This document shows, piece after piece, positions 11,889 to 24,895 of a stretch of 64,000 nucleotides of DNA (position 1 is the first letter of the stretch; every line of letters begins with the position of its first letter). Source of the stretch: Nitrospirales bacterium (GTDB lineage Bacteria; Nitrospirota; Nitrospiria; Nitrospirales; UBA8639); the NCBI GenBank assembly GCA_965203295.1, contig CBDBCZ010000017.1, positions 1,696,001-1,760,000 of the forward strand. The letters run 5' to 3'. Below the pieces are notes generated by a model. That model was not told the origin of the DNA. It made no database searches and worked only from the letters and a program-made list of their open reading frames with translations. The position numbers and the translations under genes were made by a program.

Positions 11889-14800
11889 GTGTACAGACTA
11901 CAAGTACCTCCAGAAGTCATGCAACAGGTATAAGCTAATGCGATAAAAATATGTTAATGCTGGGTTCAAAGTTGAAAACTATATTGATGCAGGCTAATGA
12001 AAGTGGTTTACACCCAGACAGCAGCCTGAAAGCACAGCACATTCCAACACTAACTAGCACTCTGATGCCTGGACAATGGATGGATGGTGTGGTAAGCTAC
12101 TGCTTATGTACTATCACACAAAGTGTGCATTTATCAGACAACACCAACTCTTAAATGCAGGTTGTCCAGAGCTATCTCAATCTTGTGGCAACAATAAATA
12201 CAACAGCAAGTGTACGTAGTTAGCGTTAGTAGTGCTGTTTTAGTATGGCTTTGGTAAAAAAAGTAAATTTGTTGTAGTAGTTAATGTAGCTAACCAACTA
12301 AAATGAAAAGGGGCTATGAAAATACTTTTACTAGAAGTTAACCATGCATAACTAAATGGGTTGATTTGGCAAAAAAAGAATTTAGCTTAGCAATAGTTTA
12401 TTGAAGTTGTAGTTTTCTGCTCATACTAAAACACTTATTGCTATAACCATAATAGTGTGTAATTTTAACATCTGTGGTTTTCGTACATGTAGGACACAAC
12501 CAGTATCTTCCCTGTCACTACATTCTTGTTAACACAACTGACATACAAGGGATACTTGGCATCTGAGCGTTACATGCAGCATGCAGGTATGTTGCATCAC
12601 TTCTTTGCTTTGCTCACAATACGTTCAACACCTCCACGTACTCATATATAGGAGAATATATTCATGAAGGACATGCTCCTAATTCCTTGGAATTCTTGCA
12701 ACAACCACTGGGCACTGTTGGTAAGTTAAACCCAGGTGCATCACGTACATGTAGCTACCTGACTTTACCAATGCATCCACATAGGTTGTGAAGCCCAAAG
12801 AAAAGCATATACTCTACCTCGATTCAATGCATCCCGTTGATGATAAGGTGGAAAATCTACTATGGTAAGAGTGTAGGAGAAGTGGCTGACGGGTACTACA
12901 AAAAACAACAACAACTTAAGCTGTCTAAATTGTCTTCAAACTATACAGGTATTTTCTGTGTACGTATGCCAAAACAGTCAAAACTGAGGATGAGTGGAAG
13001 AGATATTCATCTTCGGTACACTGCAAAAATGCCAGCGCCGAAACAGCACGCAGACAAGCCGAGCATGCGTGTTGTTCCTCAGATCTCGTGTTGAAACGGC
13101 ACATCGCCCGATACGCGAGTGTTGCATCAACCCTCCGTGTGGAATTAACACATCGCTATGTGCTAAAAAGCTGTAGGGGTGGAGCTAGTCTCGTGCCCAG
13201 ACCTTGGCTCCTCCCCATAATCGTATCCCGAGGGGAGGAGCCGAAATGTAGCTCAAAAATTTGATAATTAGCGCAGGTACTCTTCCTTTCTTTTTTGCAG
13301 CTGTGTTCTCTTTGGCCTGGGCAATTTCTACTCTCGCGCAAATGTAATGTATCCACTCACAGTCGCCTACGGACCAATCCACTATTCTTCTCATCTATCG
13401 CGCCTTCTGAACAGCCTCTTCAACAAAGACAGCAACCTTCAGTGATGCTCCACGTATTAATTTCCGCCACATTTGCGGACTTACACCCAACAGTTCTCCC
13501 TGAAGACTCAACTTTGTGTTCACACCAGTGAAGAACTGTATCGTGTTCTAAATACCTAGAGTCCTTCGTGCAGTCAGCCCATTTAACCACACTCCCTTCC
13601 ATACCCATAGCGATGTTTTTGATCTGGAAAGCTAGTACATACATGACATACAAAACCAAAAAAGAAAAATAGTTCATCAACACAGACACTGCTAATGAGT
13701 GTACATCAGAATTTGGAGAGGATGTCTGCCACACGACCAGTGACCATCCTTAATGAGAGTCACTATCCAGTCACCTGTTACTGTACTATGATGTGTGTGT
13801 GTGTGTGTGTGTGTGTGCGCGTATTGAAGTACCTACAATTACCTAAATGTAATTGGGTACGATGCCCTGCCTTGTGAAACCCTAATGGAGATATTCAGGG
13901 CAAACCTTGCTAGTATGAATCAGATCATACCCAATAGTCATGAAACAGTTACATTAACTGAGGCTTTAGTGTTGACGAGGCAGCAAATGCTAATTTACTC
14001 CTATTGTCCTTATTATTCAAGGTAGAAGCAATCTATCCTCTTAGAGCACCAGGTTCAGATATTATGATGGTTAATCCTGCTATTGTGATTCAGACCATGC
14101 CCAATAATCAGGAAACATGATTGGTGAGGGGATCAAAGGTGTTAGTAGGTGTGGCTAGCAAGCATTATTCTATTACAGGTCAAGTCTTGCTTTCAAAGTC
14201 TAATTGGCTATAATTCCTGGCCTTATGGAGCCAAAATGGGAGATATTCAGGGCAAACCTTGCTAGTATGAATCAGATCATACCCAATAGTCAGGAAACAG
14301 TTTTGAAAATCACATTGACTGAGGCTTTAGTGTTGACGAGGCAGCAAATGCTAATTTACCCCTATTGTCCTTATTATTCAAGGTAGAAGCAATCTATCCT
14401 CTTAGAGCACCAGGTTCAGATATTATGATGGTTAATCTTGCTATCGTGATTCAGTCCATGCCCAATAGTCAGAAAACATGATTGGTGAGGGGGTGTACTA
14501 CAATATTAATGCACGATCTCTATTATTCATGCATCATCATTCATGCATCATCATTCCACATTAAGATGTGTAGAATGCCAAGGCAACTTAATGGCTGGGA
14601 GTGTGGAGTGTTTACATGCATGGTAACTACAAAATGAATTTCTATGCACTTTACTAGGCATTGTATCTATGCACACATACGAAGGCTGCAAGGTATACAG
14701 CTGAAAAGAGACAGCTAACCTTCTCACAGGTATAAAAGTACTGAGTAGAAATTGTATTGAAAATAACAGTGATACATATCTCCATAGGAGGATATGATAT

Positions 14801-14916
14801 ATGCCAGGCAGAGAATCCGAACAGAACTTCTTATGGGCAGGCTTCTTCCGCTTGAACTGATGACAGCTACAGAAATTCAGAAGCGAAAAAGCATTGAAGA
14901 ATTAATTATGGATATG
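11889..14916 (+). pseudogene. Ulp1/SENP-like (peptidase C48) protease domain. Exons 11889-11927, 11993-12091, 12161-12211, 12493-12586, 12652-12720, 12785-12864, 12949-13015, 14566-14622, 14685-14729, 14788-14916
   Basis: Spliced: TLMPGQWMDGVVVQSYLNLV...PVTTFLLTQLTYKGYLASERYMQ-ENIFMKDMLLIPWNSCNNHWALLVVKPKEKHILYLDSMHP...MPRQLNGWECGVFTCMAARYTAEKRQLTFSQEDMIYARQRIRTELL. His, Asp, Gln and Cys are present. A 7-bp tandem duplication (catgcag x2, 12573-12586) shifts the frame unless a GC donor is used. Confidence 0.85.
13885..14491. repeat. Direct duplication of ~250 bp (period ~352-361) in a Ulp1 intron
   Basis: gagatattcagggcaaaccttgctagtatgaatcag... occurs at 13888 and 14240. Confidence 0.9.
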
Positions 14917-15242
14917 GTAGGATGTAGACCACGTAATTGAATATTACAACACAAATCGGTAAATTAAGCCTTCACTAATTCTTAATGAACCATTATTCTA
15001 TCTGTAACCCACTCTAAACAGATGCACAGATAATACACACAGTAACACTGATTCTTAACTGGACAGCTACACTACTAGAAATAAAACTACTACATATACT
15101 CCCCAATGCAAACGGTCAATTAAACGAAAGGGCTTGGAAGCTATGTGTACAGTTGGATAATCTAAGGCTGATAACAAGCAAAAAAAAGGAGATGCTCGAT
15201 ATTTACATCACATTGGTGACGTTAATCTTCCGGAAAAGATGG

Positions 15243-15850
15243 CTTTTGACGATAGGGCTGGGAAACTACACTCGGACAATGTGAGGCTGATAGCTAGAAT
15301 GAAAGGGGAGGCCCCTAACACCACCCTGGCCATATTAACTGCCCAGCCCAAGCCTTATAGTGCAGCTTTGGACGATAGGGCTGGGAAACTACAATCGGAT
15401 AATGTGAGGCTGATAGCTGGAATGAAAGGGGAGGTCCCTACCACCACCCTGGCCATATTAATTACCCAGCCCAAACCTTATAGTGTAGCTTTTGACGATA
15501 GGGCTGGGAAACTACACTCGGACAATGTGAGGCTGATAGCTAGAATGAAAGGGGAGGCCCCTAACACCACCCTGGCCATATTAACTGCCCAGCCCAAACA
15601 TTATAGTGTAGCTTTTGACGATAGGGCTGGGAAACTACACTCGGACAATGTGAGGCTGATAGCTGGAATGAAAGGGGAGGTCCCTACCACCTCCCTGGCC
15701 ATATTAACTGCCCAGCCCAAACATTATAGCTAGTGTAGCTTTTGACGATAGGGCTGGGAAACTACACTCGGACAATGTGAGGCTGATAGCTAGAATGAAA
15801 GGGGAGGCCCCTAGCATCACTGTGGCCGTGTTGGTTTCCCAGCTCAAACA
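15243..15850. repeat. 123-bp tandem repeat, 5 copies, alternating A/B variants
   Basis: gacgatagggctggg at 15248, 15371, 15494, 15617 and 15744 (last +4 bp). Units alternate ARMKGEAP / AGMKGEVP in ORF 15239-15733. Confidence 0.95.
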
Positions 15851-18800
15851 TCACTCAGTTGATGGTAGAGGTCGAGGAATCTCATATGAACTGCCTACCT
15901 GTATAGAATTCCAACTTGAGCCCAATTGTCAGTCCAGACTTTTCGTGTCGCAAAATTAAATGCGCATGCTTTTTGACACGCCGTATTCTCCGTAAACTCG
16001 TACGTGTCGGAATGTGCGGCGATAGCTTGCATATTCGCCAGTATGGCAATTCCCCAGACCACCTTCCCTTTAAGCGGAAGTGGGCTGGCCCGCGAGACTA
16101 CTACTGTACGGAGAATGAAAGAAAGTCAGAGCCCGTAGCTTGTCAGCCTTGGAAGCCAGCTCATTGAATTTGTCAGGTAAGCTTATGGTACCGGTAAATC
16201 AGCATGCAGGCGTATTTTTGTAGAGCTGAACGAGATACTATTTCGGTATAATTTGCAACTGAAAACAGCGCCCAGGCCCTATGGCATTGTCTATGCATAA
16301 GTGTATTGCCAAGAACTGAGTAGTGGGGGTATTTCAGTATGTACATGTACATAATGTCAGGGTTAGGGTAAGGGTTAGAGTTAGGGATATATATATATAT
16401 AGGTTATTCCATTTAATAAGCATACATCCCCTATGGATTAGCATTGATTATGTAGGGGGGGGGGGGGCAGCAGGGACCACTATATTCATTATGTTCGGGG
16501 GGGGGGGGGGGGGGGGGGGGGGGAGTGGACACCCTACTAATTTTGTCAGGGGGGAGCAAATTAAGTCACAAGTGATGTACTGCCGGCTGAGTTTGTCTAG
16601 GGGGGATACTTTTGCCAACTGATCATCCACACGGTATTAAATGGAATAGGGTTCAGTTTATGGTGTGTATGGTAAGGACGGTAGGAGATAATGGGATAGT
16701 GAGGTAGTGAGAACACTACTCCACTACCTCACTACTCCACTACCTCACTTCTCCACTACCCTACCACCTCACTAATCCACTAACTCCCTATATTTATACC
16801 TCACTACGCCACTATACCACCACCACTATACCCCAATACCTCTCTACCCCACTACCTCCTACCGTCCCTAACATACATCTCATAACCCTATACATGTGTG
16901 GCTACAATTACCTTCCACTACACTCTTACCTTACTGCCTTGGTAGCAGTTAATCACGCTGTTATGAATCAGGTGTGTATAGTAGACGTTAAGAAAATGTT
17001 TACTGAGCATTGTTTCATAACTATGTTTTATGTGAATCATCCAATATGCTCTGATCGATGTTTTCACATGGCTAGTTGAACCATTTCATGCAGCTAGCTA
17101 CTGTACAGTGGTGGTACTGGTTGCACCACCAGTTCACGTAATGCAGCATACGAGAGCATGTTCATATGTAGTCTCGTGGGCTCACAAGACGAGTATTCAT
17201 GAAGCATGAGACTGGCACGTATGTATATATAATACATGGCTAGTAGGTGTATGTGTGACCTAGCGTCGAGATCAAAGGAAGCTTACATCATATAGCCCAA
17301 GGCGCGAAGCGCTGAGGGCTATATGTCATACACTTCTGATGAACGAGGTGTGTGGTCATATATATTGCATATGCACCTATACTAACCATTCTATATCGTA
17401 TATATGCTATAAATGTGCGGGTGGACAGTTAGTGAAAGTTTGAAAAAGAAGTAGGCAAGTCTAGAAGAGTTTCCAAGCTACGTTAATCATGATGGTGCGC
17501 TGGATAGCTTGCTCTAGGACTTTCATCCGCTTATCTCCGGGGCTGATTAGGATGCTCTAGATCTGCAAAGTGTCAAGACAATCTCTGAGCCTGAGCCCAT
17601 CTTCAGACAGCAGAGTGAGCAAAGACCTCTGCGAAGCCGTCTGCTGGCATTGATTCTGCTGGCGTTACGAATCACAGCCTCAGAGCTATAGCCGCTCTGT
17701 AAGCTTATTACCGAACTACATCACTCCAAGATCAAAAGGTGTCAACTCTACTGACGAAACCTGTTGAGCACAGATCCCAATTATATGACCGTGTATCCCT
17801 AAAGACATCAAACCTGAAGTTGAGACGGCTACCTCCATGCATATGGATGATATTTCCCGTCAGTTTAACTTTGCAAATGTGCATGATTGTACCCTTTCTA
17901 GCCTTTGTACTGCTGTGATATTATATATGCATATCTGCTGCCTCTGCTTTTACATTCTCTTTGAATCAACTCATTTCCCATTAACGAAGTGACTAAAATA
18001 TACACTGGTATGTTTATACCTGATTTGTAGCTCAGGAAGCCACACTATCAAAGGCTCCACTAAGATATACAATAACAGCTGTACCACACAGCACAGCTGG
18101 GCAATACTCATATTCCTTAGGATGTGGTTTACAGTTAATTAGGGCTGCTTTTGTGTGATTTCTACTCTGTACGCAGCTGTATATGTGAATTTGTTTTTTT
18201 TTACAGTGACTAAAAAAAACGCAGAAAAAAAAAGCGGAGTCCTCCAGTTTACAGCAGGACCCTTGGTACAAAGCTTGATAGAAGTGGCAAAAGCGTGTAG
18301 CTACAAAACAACACTGTCAACTACTGTGTAGCTAAAAACAGTAAAAACACTCAAGTTGCCTGTCTATCCAAAGCCTAGCGCATTGGAGCGACACTATAGC
18401 GCTATTACAGCACAATCAGTACACTGAGAGCAACACACAGCAACGCAGCAAAACTAGCCAGTGAAACAGCATTAGCTTACTATGTTACTTGCATCGCCTT
18501 CTCACTGACTGTAAGCCAACCTACCTTGATTTTACAAATCAGAAAACACCATAGCGCTTGCCTAAATTCCCTCGCCATGCTCAGCAACCGGGCTCTCAGC
18601 GTTTGTAATGAGTGGAACAGAATCGAGTCATTCAGCATGCTGCACTTTACATCACATGATGGCTGAGGTCCTCGGGCGGTACAACTGACCACATCAGATA
18701 TATTCCGTAATGCCTTAGAAGCCATGGGTTAACCTATACATATACACCTAGTGGTGACTTTGATCCACCCATGCACTATAGAATATGTACAATGCATGAA

Positions 18801-19371
18801 CAAGGCTGAAATGGGAATTGGATTCGCATGTGACATTCCGTATTTCTGTAGGCGGAATGGGATGGAACGTTTTGTTACGTTCCTTTCTGTTCCGGATTCT
18901 AGTAACTGACCAAATTAATTGCTAGCGTTTCGACTGGAGATGCCCCCATATAGATGGTGACATTGCTGTAGTACAATAATTCAATACAACAAATATAAGT
19001 ACGTAGCTCTATAGCCTAACTCTATAAAATGACTTCGTACTGGACCAATATATAGCCTGTTAAATTAGATACATACACCCCCACCGGCTGAAAGTCAGAT
19101 TCTAAGCGTAGTTGGTTGGATTAGGCCGTTGGTTCTCGCATTTGTTGTTTTAGTTATAGCCTCGAACCCAAGCCTTCCTCTCACCCGTAGAATTTTCGTG
19201 AGTGCGTGGAAGGCTTCGGTTCGAGTATTGTAATAAATCCATGTATAGTGTAAACTCCGTAATGCAGTGACCTTTCTGTTTCACGATCGGGACCTAATAT
19301 TGTGGCTGCTTTTACACGGCAAATATTTACTAGGAGCAGAGCGGAGAGTATTAATTAATTTGCATTTGGAA

Positions 19372-19598
19372 TGTAATGTATGTGATGTAATGTAATGTAG
19401 TGTAACATGACGTGACGTGCATGACGTGACGTAACGTAGCATAACGTAATGTAACGTAGCGTAACGTAATGTAAGGTAATGTGTAATGTAAGGTAAGGTA
19501 ATGTTATGTAATGTAATGTAAAAATGTATGTAATGTAATGTAATGTAATGATATGTAATGTAATGTAATATAATGTAATGTAATGTTACGTAATGTAA
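19372..19598. repeat. (TGTAA)n-type degenerate microsatellite
   Basis: Runs of tgtaa/cgtaa/gtgac pentamers. Confidence 0.95.
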
Positions 19599-19623
19599 TT
19601 TTCAACCACATATGTCATGCATA

Positions 19624-20140
19624 CCGTATTTCCGCGATCAGACGCCGCCCTAGATTAGTAGCCGCCCTCGAATTATAGCCGCACCTCCGGAAGTGCTGAA
19701 CGAAATAGTGGCCGCCCTCGAATAGTAGCCGCGGCTAAAATTCAAGTACCGCATAAGCAAGAAGATGTAGCAACTACAGTAAAAGTAGAGTAATACTTGA
19801 CTTTGCTAGCTAACAGTTATCGGACCTCACCTTTTTCTTTTTCGAGATTGCGAATTTAAGGGATCAGAGCCCGACGGAGGCTGCCCGCGAATCTATATTT
19901 TCGATACCTCTCCCCTCAAAAAACAGCTGGCATTGTAGCATGACGGCTTTTCGACAGTGTTGAGGCACGAACGGCGATTTTCAAACGGATTTAAACTGCT
20001 GTTGTACATCGCTGTGTAACCAGTAAACCGCTCAATCTAATAAACGCCGCCCTCGATTAGTGGCCGCCCTCGAACAGTGGCCGCGGAAAATCGCGCGGTG
20101 AAATAAATAGTAGCCGCGGCGTCTGATCGCGGAAATACGG
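19624..20140. mobile_element. 517-bp TA-flanked CCGTA MITE, copy 1 (copies at 45579-46095 and inverted at ~28500-28989)
   Basis: TA|ccgtatttccgcgatcagacgccgc ... gcggcgtctgatcgcggaaatacgg|TA. Nearly identical to 45579-46095. Confidence 0.95.
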
Positions 20141-20269
20141 TATGTCACATTGTAGTTAGGGTATATAGAAGAACTTCTTAAGAGGACTTCTGTAGAATGG
20201 AGTATTTAGTTAGATGGAGTGGTTTCTCTGCTAAAGAAGTGGTGGCTACTGTTTTGAATCTGGCTTTTT

Positions 20270-20697
20270 TTACGTAGCTTTCAAATCGGTGGACATACCT
20301 ATTCAGACTGGGATCAATGACCTCTTCCGACCCTCGGGAAATGCCATCCACCAAGTATTTATCCCTTCTCTGAATGAGCGTCCTTGGCCACTATGCCTCC
20401 CTTTAGGGTTTGGTGGCCTCGGGCTGGTCAACCCCACAGTAACCTCAGATGACAACCTTTAGTCATCTGTGAAGCTGGCAACACCAGCTGTCATTGCCAC
20501 ACAAGATCAGACCTGCAAAGTTAACCCCAGTGATTTTTTTATTGCGAAGAAAGAAATCAGGGCTTCCTACTCTCAATTAACACAGTGAGGATCAAGCTAA
20601 TAACAGCTGACGCTGCAGCTGTGTTAACTTAGCCCAGGAACGTGGGGCCTCCTCCTGGCTCACTGTGCTGCCTCTCTGAGAGCAAGGCTTCCATTTA
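20270..20697 (+). mobile_element. Decayed RLE-type (CRE-like) non-LTR retrotransposon fragment
   Basis: Fragments translate as LCLPLGFGGLGLVNP and LAQERGASSWLTVLPL*EQGFHL. Confidence 0.6.
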
Positions 20698-21058
20698 CGA
20701 CCACGCTTAATATATATCACTTGCGCAATATAATTATATTATGTCATACGTTACAGTGCAACTGTACAAGGTTTGTAGGTCGAGCTGCAGCAAATTAAGG
20801 TGTTGCCAAGGTTGTGAAAACTTGGTAGGCAGCCGTAAAAATCCTGTTTTCGTAACGTATACATGTAGGTACAAACTGAAAGCGCACGACGAAACTACTG
20901 AGTCAGCACTTTCGCTGCATGTACAGCGCTTGACCATAGACACAATAAATGTATTTTTATGTCATTTGAGTGTAGCAAATTTGACGGAAATAAGCTCTCA
21001 TTGGTTGAAGGGGCATGCGCAGTGCGGCTGGTGCATGATGGTGAGGCGGCAGAGAAGC

Positions 21059-21520
21059 CAGAGGAGGTTGGACACGGTCATGTTACATACGCGCGTACGC
21101 GATTCTCTATAGAGATTTCTGTATAAAAAGCGCTAGAAAGTTTTCTCGTTAGACTTTAAGCATATCCCCAAGGAATAGACATCTTTCGAAAGCTCTCCCG
21201 AAGTAGATTCAGAATATCTCGCCAACCCCGTTCAACCCCTGGGTCATTGCAGAGCTACGGTCCTTTGAATATCTAGCTATCGGCAAGGCGAGACTATTAT
21301 ACTGGATTCTAGCTATCTAGTAACGGAAAGATGCTGCCCGTATAGGTCCGTTCCAGCCATCTTATCTTACAGCAATCTACAGGCTATTGCAGCTTTATAA
21401 CAAGCTGTGCTTACCTTCTCAGTGAACTAATTGCATGCTGAATGCAACGTGGAATGTAATAAAGTGCAGCAAAAGGCACGTGACTGCGCACGTTAATGAA
21501 TGCGTGTCCAACCTTCTCCG
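21059..21520. mobile_element. MITE family CAGAGGAGGTTGGACAC, copy 2 (internally deleted)
   Basis: cagaggaggttggacac ... gtgtccaaccttctccg. Body is similar to copies 1 and 3. Confidence 0.75.
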
Positions 21521-23469
21521 GCGGGAAGCTAATGCAGCTGGCATTCCTGGGTTGCTAAGCCTTGGGGGTATTTAAGGTGTTGCACTTGAAAGCTACGTAG
21601 TCATTCTCGAGCAACTAAAGCTGGAATTTGGCAAAGCAAACTTTCATTTCTAGACGCGCAGTTTTTCCTGTGTGGGTTTCATCTGCTTTCGGTGTTGCAT
21701 TCCCTTCGGTATTGCACTTAATATCGCGGCAATGGCAACCGAGCTCCACAGCAGCTCAATTTTCTGAGCTGTTCAGCGCTATAATTTAAAGGGGGTGGAA
21801 GCCAACGTAGACGAACAGCTTTCTCAGATGCGCCGAGAGCTAAGGGAAAAGCGCGAGTCGGCCGACGACCGGAGAGTGAAGAAACTTCGGGTCGAAAAAA
21901 GCCGACCTTCAAGAAGTTGGGAAATGAAAAAAAAAATCAAATTTAATGTGGAGGTGCAAGTCAAACTGGACTCTGCAGATGCCGCTCTTAATTGCCCAGA
22001 GGCCGCCGGCGGTGGAGAAGGCCAGAACCCTTCTGGAGGAAGGTCAGATACTAATTGCAATATGGCAAAAGAAAATAAGATAGCGGATAGAAGTGAGAAT
22101 GGGTGGGCTACAGTAAAAGAATATGAGCTTGTGGAAATTTCAGACGATTCAGAGCCGAAGCTACGGCAGGAAGAATCAAGAAACAGAAGCAGAATTCTAA
22201 GAATTGTGACTAATCCCGGGAAGAGAGAGCAGCCTCTGGGTGGAGCCACTGAGCCTGGTTTGTTGTTGCCTGCAACTTCCATAGGTGATGCATGCATGCT
22301 AGTGGTGAACTAGCACAGGCTACCATGCTACTGCAAAATTAGTTGCGCCGGTTGAGCAGAGTTCCACCGGTAGTGGAACTTCCCAGTTGGGACCTTACTA
22401 CTTACTTGTGTTGGTAGTTGGGACATGCCTGCTGTTGCAAGTGGGATTTTCAAAGAGTTCTTGAACTGTTTAGGTAGCTAGACATTACTTGGGTTGTTTC
22501 ATGCATACAAGTTGTGAATAGTAAGTGTATGTCGTATTTTCAATACACATGCTTGCAAATTGCCGGTCTGGCAGTTGTTTGATTGTTCGCATTTCCACAT
22601 GCACATCCTAGGCTAGGCGGCTCAAGGAGCTATACCCTTGGGGATGATGGTGGTATGGCCTCATGCACTTGGTGTTCAATCCCAATATTTTGAGTGGGAG
22701 AGCCCCTCCACTGCTACATCAGACTCTGGGATAGTTGTGGAGCAGCACCCCTCAGTGCAGGGCAGGCTGAGGAAAAACATGGATTTTTGGCTCAACGAGC
22801 TGGAGCCTTCAAGTTTTGTTGCAGAAATTGTTTCTGTGGGCTATTGTTTGCCTTTCATGAGGTTGCCAGACCCTAGGTACCAGTGGAACCACAAGTCTGC
22901 GCTGGAAAATGCAGTTTTCGTTGCTGATGCTATTCAGGAACTGGTTACGGGGCATTGTGTGGTGAAGTGTGACAGGTGTCTAATTGTGTGCAGCCCATTG
23001 TCTGTGGTAACCAGTGCCAAGGGCAAAAAACGCCTAGTCTTGGATTTGAGGTACCTGAATCAGTTCTTGCCTGACGGGAAGTTCAAGTACAAGGGGTTAA
23101 ACCTCATTCCGTCATTGTTCCAGCAGGGTGATTATTTAACAGTATTTGACCTTAAATCAGGCTGCCATCATGCAGACATACATGAAGACTGTTGGCCATA
23201 TCTGGGTTTTGCCTGGGAAGTTCAGAGCACTAGATGACGGTATGCTTTTCAAGTGCTACCTTTGGTTTGTCTACAGCATGCTATGTGTTACAAAGCTGCC
23301 GAGACCGCTAGTCAAGAGATGGAGAGCTATGGGTCTCCGATGTGTGATGTACATTGATGATGGAATCAATGCTGTTAGCTCAGAGCACAAATGTGGATCA
23401 GATACAGCTGTGATAGTATCAGATTTACAGCGAGCTGGGTTTGTACTCAATTTTACTAAATCTAGACTG

Positions 23470-23746
23470 TGTAATGGACCTAATTCAGCTGTCCTGAACT
23501 GGACAATGTGGCTGTCATATACAATTTGCCTACATGTCAAAGTTATGTTGAGTGTAATCCACATGTACGTTCGTCTGTGTCATTGTCCATAATTGCTGCC
23601 TGCGGCTGTGTATATGTCTATTTTCTGTGTGTATATATGAGCTGCCGATGGATGTATGAAGAGAGGCCGAAGAATCCTACTCGCTCAGTTGCCACAGAGA
23701 ATGCTGTCGGGATTGGGGCCGGTGCGCAGATACGCCGTCTATTACA
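23470..23746. mobile_element. Solo LTR (277 bp) inserted in the DIRS RT
   Basis: tgtaatggac...gtctattaca (TG..CA, 9/10 inverted) flanked by a 4-bp TSD, actg, at 23466-23469 and 23747-23750. Removal restores KSRLQPEQVG. Confidence 0.85.
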
Positions 23747-24895
23747 ACTGCAACCAGAACAAGTTGGGATTTTTCCCTAGATTTGAAGGAAGGAAAAATT
23801 TTGGTTCCTGAAGAGAAAGTAGCCAAGCTTTTATGGTCAATCTGAATGCTTCGAATTCTCCAGTGCATGTTCGATGGTTGGCTAGTGCTGTTGGGCAAAT
23901 AATTTCCATGAGTTTGGCAATTGATCCAGTGGCCCGCTTTCGTACAAGAGCTTTATATGCAGTCATTAACATGCGTTGTTCATGGGCCGATAGGCTTCTC
24001 CTCTCGTCATGTCTATCATATTTTAATGGGCAACCTATTTGATCCTCACCTGGGGTTACACGAGTAGTGTACTCAGATGCGAGTTCCTCAAGTTATGGTG
24101 GTTGCCACGTAGTTGAAGTTGGGCTGGAGGTGGCACATGGGCAGTGGTCAGAATATGAGGCCTCCCTTAGCTCTACATTGAGGGAGCTTAAAGCATATAT
24201 TAGTTAGCCGTATCAGAGATTTTGATGACTGGAAGGTTAATCCTCAGTTCTTTTCCTGGATTGATGGCCTGTGGTGGCCCCACACAGTGGATCGCTTTGC
24301 ACACACTGATAACACACAATTACCAGTATTTAATAGTAGATTCTGGTGTCTGGGCTCTTCTGCTGTTGATGCCTTTACAACCAATTGGTCAGATGAGGTT
24401 AACTGGTGGGTCCCTCCTGTGCATTTGGTTAGTGCATTTGGTTAGTCGTGTGTTGCGGCATGCAGAAGAGTGTAAAACAATGGGTACTCTTGTTGTGCCT
24501 GCTTGGAAGTCAGCATCGTACTGGCTGTTGCTGTGTCCAGATGGTTCTCATTTAGCTCCCTTTGTTCATGTTCATTTTTTATTTCGCAACTCTCTTCCTG
24601 CATGGGAGGAGTGGGAATAATATTGGGGAAGCCCTGAATTCTGACTCTATTATTCTGTGTCTTTGGATAGATTTTTCTCGCCCTCCTAGAGGGTACAGTT
24701 GTGGTTTTTGTACTAAGGATGTTACTGGCTCATGTACAGACTGTATAGCTGAAGTTGGTTCAAGTTCATATGGATATTGCATTACCAAGTCCATCACAAT
24801 TTTGGATTAGTTACTTAGGCTTGGGGTCCATTGAGTATGTTGGGGCACTTTGTTGGGTGCAACCTCAGCGGTTGCTATTATGTAACCTTGTCGGG

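Noticed and set aside
13019..13300. CACTG-type terminus (cactgcaaaaa) as a CACTA element end
   Set aside because: No convincing inverted partner or TSD was found.
13420..13734. Minus-strand exon-like peptide (IKNIAMGMEGSVVKW...)
   Set aside because: Possibly a transposon gene fragment, but I cannot assign a family or supporting exons.
16357..16386. TTAGGG-like telomeric repeats (also ~29020-29060 on the other strand)
   Set aside because: Few degenerate interstitial units within repeat-like DNA, not a telomere.
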